This document shows, piece by piece, positions 18,401 to 24,972 of a stretch of DNA of 64,000 nt. Below the pieces are notes generated by a model, which was not told the DNA's origin, ran no database searches, and saw only the letters and a program-made list of their open reading frames with translations. The position numbers and the translations under genes were made by a program. Numbering within the stretch: position 1 is the first letter of the stretch; the number at the start of each line of letters is the position of its first letter. The DNA comes from Oscillospiraceae bacterium (GTDB lineage Bacteria > Bacillota > Clostridia > Oscillospirales > SIG627): contig SVQO01000002.1 in assembly GCA_015065325.1 (NCBI GenBank), positions 93,005 to 157,004 of the forward strand, written 5' to 3'.

Positions 18401-18739
18401 GAGGAACAAGGCGAACCCGGTCGGGTGGGTATGGTCTTTGTCGGTTGGTTTACGGATCCCGTCGGCGGCACGAAGTTCGACTACTCCACACCCATCACGG
18501 GGCGTCTTAACCTTTATGCAAGATTCGCGCCCGCTTCCTCTTACCTCAAGGGCGACGTAGACGGAAACGGCGTGGTGGATATGGACGATGCCATTTATCT
18601 CTTGTTCGCCATCAACTTCCCCGAAAGCTACCCCTTAAATCAGCCCGCAAACTTTGACGGAGTAGGCGAGGAGGATATGGATGATGCCATTTATCTTCTG
18701 TTCCACGTGAATTTCTCTGCAAATTATCCGCTACATTGA
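15425..18739 (+). CDS. Large secreted protein: beta-helix-like repeats, two Listeria-Bacteroides-type repeats, C-terminal dockerin-like module
   Basis: GTG start 8 nt after AAGGAGG, with a signal peptide. G/N-rich segments (NNSGGNVIINGGNYIV; ITVNGGKLKMYDGG). Two repeats of the type TVTFKVD..GKTVTAPADPVKGDYDFFGWYTDDGELFDF. The C-terminus has GDVDGNGVVDMDDAIYLLF and NFDGVGEEDMDDAIYLLF. Confidence 0.8.
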   Translation: MKKRILSLLLTLVMLIGLVPTAAFPVFAEESEEQPSVDSEGNILIWSYEQLVSVAQNARINESYRLATDIYQTDNSNDLGIWVRCDSLWLDLNGHVLSRETRSLDSALFFVCDGSTLNIYDSSPDSTGTCIYNNNYVSDPCSVINNSGGNVIINGGNYIVKMDNPSAEAAVLYGTSGEFTVYDGYFDSTQASNGNAVKMHYSNSLYDEPDCIIYGGRFYSKKTCIEAGSLANYSDVYYPYVFVLGGEFYTKRINGDEYEGNFAYCNNGWGRVIAANGLVPARSLNARDQRYATGTTTTVETLTGEPGNGWEYATVTPPPRIVSEQLPKEDRWYSLCWRDYLKAAKENESYDFWTANQEAIEAELAKIDGFSVNIFDTEVTLSIEDKKEIDSVRWYVSASPDSGWTELVDYQNITGPVTQDPPNPGKTLYYRAVVTRKGGTEYEDIIYVNCKEPKKVNVSADFSGTPSNATSNTDGVKVTSTKWYKKSGSDWVQLSASDTIKEGYAYRCEITVGATGTFTFADGYTVEINGIAATKKSGNTWYVDRTLTGYTSYVDVYDIALPEAGAKPDFTYNDEDCRHSSVALVEWFECDKDGKKLSGALSADYKFKEDAYYRLEVTAVPDANYKFDTSTLGFYIGPKAVQFYYPYQDTTYPDSVTGWKVYHVDDANGTYTVQIGDITLKDGDYLANNATAVTTTKPSGGYAYYKDGVLTLNNFVAAKLVRYYERYLEVELIGENKIGAIADYYYWDTTSNDYFTGLEFCGDGDLEFDDYYDAPCCNVSVNGDVFFNGSGDILLDAEFNCFQYTDNVIINDGYVYCYCSQFCVFGDDTNITVNGGKLKMYDGGSWYDYFICDGDLLIYAGSVYVSTDPNKTELADCVPWDGVTDLNTYECVWIVEESATVTHTVTFKVDTTTVATKTVEGGKTVTAPADPVKGDYDFFGWYTDDGELFDFVTPITTDLTLTAKFGYNVFFWLDPSDEYPVAWRDAEPGQTIEEQGEPGRVGMVFVGWFTDPVGGTKFDYSTPITGRLNLYARFAPASSYLKGDVDGNGVVDMDDAIYLLFAINFPESYPLNQPANFDGVGEEDMDDAIYLLFHVNFSANYPLH

Positions 18740-18755
18740 AAAAAACACAAACGAC

Positions 18756-18789
18756 AAAAAAGACAGACTCTCCCGAGTCTGTCTTTTTC
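18756..18789. terminator. Bidirectional terminator between convergent genes
   Basis: Stem AGACAGACTC / GAGTCTGTCT with loop TCCC, an A-run upstream and a T-run downstream. Confidence 0.8.
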
Positions 18790-18799
18790 GTTTTACTCC

Positions 18800-20074
18800 T
18801 TACAATACCCGAACGGGTCCTACGGGACGAATGGAAAGCACCATACAAGCACCCTCTCCGAACACGCCCTCCATCAACGCGCGAAACTCCTCTACCTTTT
18901 CCGCGGGAATGAAGTTTTGCGTGGTACCGCCGAAGCCGCCGCCGTGAATGCGGCAGGCTCCCTTACCGTCCAAAAAATTTGCGGCAAGGTTCAGTGCAAC
19001 GGCGGCTCCCTGATCTGCGTTCTCCATGGGGATCCAGACGTTGCCGAGTGCCTGAAAGGAGGACTGCCCGGAACGGTTCACAAGGGCAAGGAATCGGCAA
19101 AAATCTCCGTCCTTCAACGCCTTTGCCTGCTCCGTTACGCGGTCGGTCTCCAGACAGAAGTGCAAGGCGGCAAGAGCGGCCTCGTCCCCTGCTTTCCTGC
19201 GGACGCGGGGCAGCTGAGACAAAAGAAGATCAAAGGAGATCTCACAAAGCTTCTCCTTGCCGAAAAGCTTTGCCACCTGCTTCATACGCTGAGGGATCGC
19301 GGCGTATAAATGGGTTAAATCGGAGTGGTCGCCCCCCGGCTTCACAAGGCACAGCTTATGGCCGGACGCGGCAAAGGAAAAGGGAATGGGCTCGATGACG
19401 GGATTTTTCTCATCGGCAAAATCCATCATACTGATCCCGCCCACGGCGCAAGCCGCCTGATCCATCAAGCCACAGGGCTTTCCGAAGTATTCGCGCTCGG
19501 CAAACTGAGAGATTTTTGCGATCTCTACCGCTCCCACGTTGCCGGAATTGTAAAGGTGATTGAAGACCGTTCCCAAAAGCACCTCGAAAGCGGCGGAGGA
19601 GGAAACACCGCTTCCCTTGGGCACACAGCTCTCCGTGTAAGCGGTAAAGCCGCCCACGGCAAAGCCGCGGTCAAGAAAGCCCTTTGCCACACCGCGGATC
19701 AGAGCGGCGCTTTTTCCGAATTCCCCTTTTTTCACGGCAAGGTCGGACAAGCACACGGTATCGGGAGAGAATCCCTCGGAATGCACGTGGACCGTATCTC
19801 CGTTTTCACGCGCCACCACGGCGATCACGTCAAAATCCACACTGCCTGCCAGCACTCTGCCGCCGTTGTGATCCGTATGGTTTCCGCCGATCTCCGTTCT
19901 GCCGGGGGCAGAAAACACCGCCACGTCCTTTTCTGCTCCGAACAGTGCCTCGAAGGAATCCAAAGCCTTCAAATACCTTGCCTTCTGCACCTCGGCACGG
20001 TCGCCGTAAAGTGTGGTAAAAACGGCGTCTGCTTGATTCTCTTTTATATAAGCTCTCGCTTCCCGTAACTTCAT
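18800..20074 (-). CDS. galK: Galactokinase-family GHMP kinase
   Basis: PGRTEIGGNHTDHNGG (galactokinase signature variant) and the GHMP motif PKGSGVSSSAAFEV. The ATG at 20074 is 8 nt after GGAGG; the tracked start at 20080 is a TTG too close to the RBS. Confidence 0.7.
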   Translation of the reverse strand: MKLREARAYIKENQADAVFTTLYGDRAEVQKARYLKALDSFEALFGAEKDVAVFSAPGRTEIGGNHTDHNGGRVLAGSVDFDVIAVVARENGDTVHVHSEGFSPDTVCLSDLAVKKGEFGKSAALIRGVAKGFLDRGFAVGGFTAYTESCVPKGSGVSSSAAFEVLLGTVFNHLYNSGNVGAVEIAKISQFAEREYFGKPCGLMDQAACAVGGISMMDFADEKNPVIEPIPFSFAASGHKLCLVKPGGDHSDLTHLYAAIPQRMKQVAKLFGKEKLCEISFDLLLSQLPRVRRKAGDEAALAALHFCLETDRVTEQAKALKDGDFCRFLALVNRSGQSSFQALGNVWIPMENADQGAAVALNLAANFLDGKGACRIHGGGFGGTTQNFIPAEKVEEFRALMEGVFGEGACMVLSIRPVGPVRVL

Positions 20075-20154
20075 ATTCAATACCTCCCTGAATTCTGCCT
20101 TTTATTATATAGTTTGACAAAAAGAGTGTCAAGCGTATCGACAAAAAATACCAC

Positions 20155-20183
20155 TTGAATTATTGTACGGTTTATAGTACAAT
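20155..20183 (+). promoter_or_regulatory. Promoter of the WYL-regulator operon with an embedded inverted repeat (candidate operator)
   Basis: TTGAAT (20155..20160), a 17-nt spacer, then TACAAT (20178..20183). The inverted repeat ATTGTAC (20162..20168) / GTACAAT (20177..20183) covers the spacer and -10. A second palindrome, TTGACA-N7-TGTCAA, lies at about 20114..20132. Confidence 0.55.
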
Positions 20184-20206
20184 AAGGACGAAAAGGAGGG
20201 ATCACC

Positions 20207-21205
20207 GTGGCAAAATCATCCCGACAAAAACAAAAAATTCTATATTTGGCAAAATTTTTTCTGGAAGAAACCGACGAGGACCATCCCGCAAGTATGAGTG
20301 ACATTCTTGCCTACCTTTCCCGCGCAGGCATTGAGGCGGAACGCAAAAGCATTTATTCCGATCTGGAGGAGCTGAGTCTGTTCGGTCTGGATATCGTAAC
20401 GCTCCGAGGCAGAGGCGGCGGATATTTTTTGGGAGAACGGGATTTTCAGTTGCCCGAGGTTCGCCTTTTGGTGGATGCAGTGCAGTCCTCCCGCTTTCTC
20501 ACCCGCAAAAAAAGCGAGGAGCTGATCAAAAAGCTTCGCTCCCTCACCTCCCGACACCAATCCTCGGCACTAAGCCACACCGTGTCCGTTTCCGGACGGA
20601 TCAAAACCATGAACGAAAGCATCTACCGCAACGTGGATGCCATCGGCGGTGCCATTGAGCGGGGACACAAGATCCGTTTTCAGTATTTTGAATGGACGCC
20701 TGAGGGCAAAAAAAAGCTTCGCCGCGACGGGGAGCGCTACACCGTTTCCCCCTTCTTTCTGATCTGGGACAACGAGAATTATTACCTGATCGGCGTAGAG
20801 GAAAAAAGCGGCGAAAAACGGCATTTTCGCGTGGATAAGATGCTTTCCATCGAGGAGGTCGACCTGCTTCGCCAAGGGAAAGAACTTTTGGAGGGCGTAT
20901 CCCCCGCAGACTACGAAAACCGCGTATTCGGTATGTACGCAGGGAAGGAGGAGCGAGTCACTCTGCGATGGAGCAATTCCCTCAGCGGCGTCTTTTACGA
21001 CCGCTTCGGCGGCGATATGACTGTTCGCAAGGATGGAGACGGCTTTATCTCCTCCCACCGACTGATGATCAGCCCCGTATTTTACGCCTTTTTGATGGGC
21101 TTCGGCGGAGACGTGAAGATCCTGGAGCCCCAATGGGTCAAGGAGGAATTTTTCAACCTTGTGAAAAAGAATCTTGCCCCTTACGAAAGTGAGAACACCC
21201 TATGA
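20207..21205 (+). CDS. WYL domain transcriptional regulator (HTH-WYL)
   Basis: GTG start 6 nt after GGAGGG. N-terminal HTH-like segment (MSDILAYLSRAGIEAERKSIYSDLEEL). WYL-type core YTVSPFFLIWDNENYYLIGVEEKSGEKRHFRVDKM. Confidence 0.8.
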   Translation: MAKSSRQKQKILYLAKFFLEETDEDHPASMSDILAYLSRAGIEAERKSIYSDLEELSLFGLDIVTLRGRGGGYFLGERDFQLPEVRLLVDAVQSSRFLTRKKSEELIKKLRSLTSRHQSSALSHTVSVSGRIKTMNESIYRNVDAIGGAIERGHKIRFQYFEWTPEGKKKLRRDGERYTVSPFFLIWDNENYYLIGVEEKSGEKRHFRVDKMLSIEEVDLLRQGKELLEGVSPADYENRVFGMYAGKEERVTLRWSNSLSGVFYDRFGGDMTVRKDGDGFISSHRLMISPVFYAFLMGFGGDVKILEPQWVKEEFFNLVKKNLAPYESENTL

Positions 21206-22347
21206 AAAAAAGCTTACTTTTTCTGTCCCTTTCCCTGTTGCTTTGCACTCTGTTGAGCTTCGGGGCACAGGGCGCCTCCAAGGGAAGAATGTCCTTGAGC
21301 GGCGAGCTGACGGATCTGAAGCCGGGCAGCACCGTGGAGCTTACGGTTCTCCTCAACCAAAATCCCGGCGTCACCTCTCTGCGCTGCACGGTGGGCTTTG
21401 ACCCCAAGGTGCTGAAATTCGTTTCCGCAAAAGGAACGAAGACCCTGCCCGATTTCAGCTTTGAGGAACGGGAGGACGGAGTCCTTCTTCGATGGAACAG
21501 CGAAACGGATACCGTAGCCGCAGGCGAGGTGGCAAAGCTCACGCTGCGGGTAAAAAAGAACGCGCTTTTCGGAGACAGTGCCGTGACCCTTTCCGTTTCC
21601 GAAGCACTGTTCGACGCACAAAACAGCCGCGGGGAAGCCGTCCCCTTTGATACCGCGGGAATGAGCTTTACCCTGTCCTGTCCCCACGACGATCCCGAAC
21701 AGACCGTCGAGCTGGAGCCCACCTTCGAAACGGAGGGAATTCTGAAGCAGACCTGTCCCGTTTGCGGAAACGCGGATCTTCTTCCTCTGCTCCCCGAGGT
21801 GGAAAGCGCCGACGGCAGAGTGAAGGTCGCCTTTGCCGCAGGAGAGTTTTCCAACGGCAACCGCGTGGACGTGTTCATCGATCCCCTCTTTGCAGTCACG
21901 GAGGAGAAGGAAGCGCGGAAAATGCTGGGCAGCGATATGCTCCGTGCCTTTCGCATCCGTATTCTGAAGGACGGGGAGCCTTATATCCCCATTCGGGACT
22001 GCACCGTCAGCCTCCGCTACGACGCCTTTCTGCCCGAGGGGACGGTGCTTTACCTTCTGATGGACGGCGGTGCCTTACAACCGAAATTCACCCGCGAGGG
22101 ATCGGTCCTGACGTTTTCTTACAGCCCCGAGCTGTTCGCTCTGGTTGCCCGCACCCCTTACGAGGAGCCCGAGGTGCCTACGACCACCGCAAAGCCCACC
22201 ACCGCCACCGTCCGTCCCACCACCACCGAGGATCCCGTGGAAAAAGCACGGAGAAAGGATCTTTTTCTCATCGCCGCTGGCTGTGTTACCCTGCTTTTGT
22301 GCGGGACGGGAATGATCCTGCTTCTCGGGAGAAGAAAGCGTTTCTGA
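21202..22347 (+). CDS. Membrane-anchored cohesin-like surface protein
   Basis: ATGA overlap with the WYL gene stop. Signal peptide. LKPGSTVELTVLLNQNPGVTSLRCTVGFDPKVLKFVSAKG follows the cohesin consensus pattern (KPGDTV..V......G....F.Y DP.VL). Pro/Thr linker PTTTAKPTTATVRPTTTEDP, one C-terminal TM helix, then RRKRF. Confidence 0.7.
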   Translation: MKKSLLFLSLSLLLCTLLSFGAQGASKGRMSLSGELTDLKPGSTVELTVLLNQNPGVTSLRCTVGFDPKVLKFVSAKGTKTLPDFSFEEREDGVLLRWNSETDTVAAGEVAKLTLRVKKNALFGDSAVTLSVSEALFDAQNSRGEAVPFDTAGMSFTLSCPHDDPEQTVELEPTFETEGILKQTCPVCGNADLLPLLPEVESADGRVKVAFAAGEFSNGNRVDVFIDPLFAVTEEKEARKMLGSDMLRAFRIRILKDGEPYIPIRDCTVSLRYDAFLPEGTVLYLLMDGGALQPKFTREGSVLTFSYSPELFALVARTPYEEPEVPTTTAKPTTATVRPTTTEDPVEKARRKDLFLIAAGCVTLLLCGTGMILLLGRRKRF

Positions 22348-22451
22348 TGCTTCCTTAACCGTTTTTAAAAAAACACTTTACAAAGTTAATTTTTATAGAA
22401 CAAAATGTTCTTTTTTTCACGGACATTTCCATCTTTTCCTGCAAATTCTCC

Positions 22452-22480
22452 TTGACATTCCGACACTTTATATATATAAT
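22452..22480 (+). promoter_or_regulatory. Consensus sigma-A promoter of the hydrogenase operon
   Basis: TTGACA (22452..22457), a 17-nt spacer, then TATAAT (22475..22480). Both hexamers are perfect. Confidence 0.8.
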
Positions 22481-22585
22481 TTATAAGGTACGGCCATATT
22501 GATTTTGATATGGTTGATTGGGTACTCACTATCAAATTCCCGTGCCGCCCAATCGGTGCGGAAAAAAACATAAGGAGGGCTATTC

Positions 22586-23077
22586 ATGGCTCATTTAAGT
22601 GACGCGGCAGTAGCAAAGATCAACGAGATCTGCGATCGCTATGCCGACGAAAGAACACCCTTGATGATGATCCTGAGTGATATCCAGAAGGAATACGGCT
22701 ATATTCCCCTGGAGGTTCAGGAACTGGTCTCCGCAAAAACCGGAGTCAGCGTTGCCGAGATCTACGGTGTAGTAACCTTCTACTCCTTCTTCTCTCTCAA
22801 GCCCAAAGGAAAGTACATCATTGGCGTATGCCTCGGTACTGCTTGCTACGTAAAGGGTGCACAGCAGGTTATCGACAAATTTTCCGAGATCCTGAAGATC
22901 GCTCCCGGTGAGACCACCGAAGACGGTCTGTTTACCATTGATGCACTCCGCTGCATCGGTGCCTGCGGCATCGCTCCCGCAGTATCCATTAACGGAAAAG
23001 TTTACCCCAAGGTAGAAGTAAAGGCAATCCCCGGTATCATCGAGGAACTGCGCGCTGAGGGAGGTGCAAACGCATGA
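22586..23077 (+). CDS. hydC: [FeFe]-hydrogenase NuoE-like [2Fe-2S] subunit
   Basis: 163 aa, thioredoxin-like 2Fe-2S family with Cys pairs in GVCLGTACYV and RCIGACGIAP. First gene of a three-gene set with NuoF-like and HydA genes. Confidence 0.9.
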   Translation: MAHLSDAAVAKINEICDRYADERTPLMMILSDIQKEYGYIPLEVQELVSAKTGVSVAEIYGVVTFYSFFSLKPKGKYIIGVCLGTACYVKGAQQVIDKFSEILKIAPGETTEDGLFTIDALRCIGACGIAPAVSINGKVYPKVEVKAIPGIIEELRAEGGANA

Positions 23078-24957
23078 TTAAGAATTTTGAAGAACTGGAA
23101 GCAAAGCAGGCACAGTGTGCCAAGTGTATGGAAGGCAAGTTCCAGGGCGAAAGCGGTAAAAGAGCCGTCGTACTTTGCGGCGGTACCGGCTGTCTGTCCT
23201 CCAACTCTGCCGAGATCCAGCAGAAGTTCAAGGATCTGATCCGCGAGAAGGGTCTGGAAGAAAAGGTTACCGTCAACCAGGTCGGTTGCTTCGGTTTCTG
23301 CTCTCAGGGTCCCTTCGTAAAGATCTATCCCGAAGATACTCTTTACAGACTGGTTACTCTGGAAGACGTTGAGGAGATCGTTGAGAAGGACTTGATCGGC
23401 GGTGAGACCATCGAGAGACTTCTTTACATCGACCCCGTTACCCAGGAAAAGATCGCCAAGCAGGAGGACATCACCTTCTACAAGAAGCAGGTGAGAGTTG
23501 CTCTCCACGGTTGCGGCGTGATCAATCCCGAAGATATCAACGAGGCTCTGGGCGCCGACGCCTTCAAGGGTCTTGCTAAGGCTTTGAAGATGGACCGCAA
23601 GGCAGTTATCGATGAGATTTTGGCTTCCGGTCTCCGTGGCAGAGGCGGCGGAGGATTCCCCACCGGTATGAAGTGGACCTTCGCTTACAATCAGCCCGAC
23701 GGCGAGAAGTATGTTGTATGTAACGGCGACGAGGGTGACCCCGGCGCATTTATGGACCGTTCCATTCTGGAGGGCAACCCCCTTGCAGTTATCGAGGGTA
23801 TGGCAATCGCCGCTTACGCCATCGGTGCACAGAACGGTTACTTCTACGTTCGTGCTGAGTACCCCATCGCCGTAAACCGTTTGAAGCTGGCGATCAAGCA
23901 AGCTGAGGAGATCGGCCTTTTGGGTGACAACATTTTGGGTACCGACTTCTCCTTCCGCGCACACATCCGTCTGGGTGCAGGTGCATTCGTTTGCGGCGAG
24001 GAGACTGCTCTGTTGAACTCCATCGAGGGTCAGCGCGGTATGCCCCGTCCCCGTCCTCCCTTCCCTGCAGTAAAGGGTCTGTGGGATTGTCCCACCATCG
24101 TAAACAACGTAGAGACTTTGGCTTGCGTTCCCTACGTTCTCCGCAACGGTGCTGACTCCGTGAAGCAGTACGGTACCGAAAAGAGTGCAGGCACCAAGGT
24201 ATTTGCTCTCGGCGGTAAGATCAACAACGTTGGTCTGGTTGAGATCCCCATGGGTACCACTCTGCGCGAGCTGATCTACGACATCGGCGGCGGTATCCCC
24301 GACGGCAAGAAGTTTAAGGCAATTCAGACCGGCGGTCCTTCCGGCGGATGTCTGACCGAAAAGGATCTGGACACCCCCATCGACTTCGACAACCTGGTTG
24401 CAAAGGGCTCTATGATGGGCTCCGGCGGCGCAATCGTAATGGACGAAGACAACTGTATGGTTGACGTTGCAAAATTCTATATGGAGTTTATCTGCGACGA
24501 GTCCTGCGGTAAGTGTTCTCCCTGCCGTATCGGTACCAAGAGACTGCTCGAGTACCTCCAGAAGATCACCGACGGCAAGGCTACCATGAAGGATCTGGAA
24601 GAACTGGAAGAACTGGCTCAGACCATTAAGATCGGTTCTCTCTGCGCTCTGGGTCAGACCGCAGCAAACCCCGTACTTTCCACCCTGGCCTCCTTCCGCG
24701 ACGAGTACATCGCTCACATCGAGAAGAAGGAATGTCCCGCAAAGGTCTGCAAGAATCTGATGAAGTACACCATCGAGCAGGATAAGTGCTTCGGTTGCGG
24801 CGTATGCGCAAGAGCTTGTCCCGTTGATGCGATCCACAAGACCGACTACACCGCTCCCGGTAAGAAGCTTCCTTCCTACCAGATCGACGCTGACAAGTGC
24901 GTTAAGTGCGGTATGTGTATGTCTTCTTGTAAGTTCCACGCAATCGTAAAGAAATAA
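23074..24957 (+). CDS. hydB: [FeFe]-hydrogenase NuoF-like flavoprotein subunit
   Basis: GLRGRGGGGFPTGMKW FMN/NADH block and CGKCSPCR cluster motif. Two C-terminal ferredoxin motifs (CFGCGVCARACP, CVKCGMCMSSC). ATGA overlap with hydC. Confidence 0.9.
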   Translation: MIKNFEELEAKQAQCAKCMEGKFQGESGKRAVVLCGGTGCLSSNSAEIQQKFKDLIREKGLEEKVTVNQVGCFGFCSQGPFVKIYPEDTLYRLVTLEDVEEIVEKDLIGGETIERLLYIDPVTQEKIAKQEDITFYKKQVRVALHGCGVINPEDINEALGADAFKGLAKALKMDRKAVIDEILASGLRGRGGGGFPTGMKWTFAYNQPDGEKYVVCNGDEGDPGAFMDRSILEGNPLAVIEGMAIAAYAIGAQNGYFYVRAEYPIAVNRLKLAIKQAEEIGLLGDNILGTDFSFRAHIRLGAGAFVCGEETALLNSIEGQRGMPRPRPPFPAVKGLWDCPTIVNNVETLACVPYVLRNGADSVKQYGTEKSAGTKVFALGGKINNVGLVEIPMGTTLRELIYDIGGGIPDGKKFKAIQTGGPSGGCLTEKDLDTPIDFDNLVAKGSMMGSGGAIVMDEDNCMVDVAKFYMEFICDESCGKCSPCRIGTKRLLEYLQKITDGKATMKDLEELEELAQTIKIGSLCALGQTAANPVLSTLASFRDEYIAHIEKKECPAKVCKNLMKYTIEQDKCFGCGVCARACPVDAIHKTDYTAPGKKLPSYQIDADKCVKCGMCMSSCKFHAIVKK

Positions 24958-24972
24958 GGAGGAAAGCGGATC

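Noticed and set aside
22386-22571. 61-aa minus-strand ORF in the hydrogenase promoter region
   Set aside because: It overlaps the consensus promoter and leader, has no RBS, and has AT-rich, non-coding-like composition.
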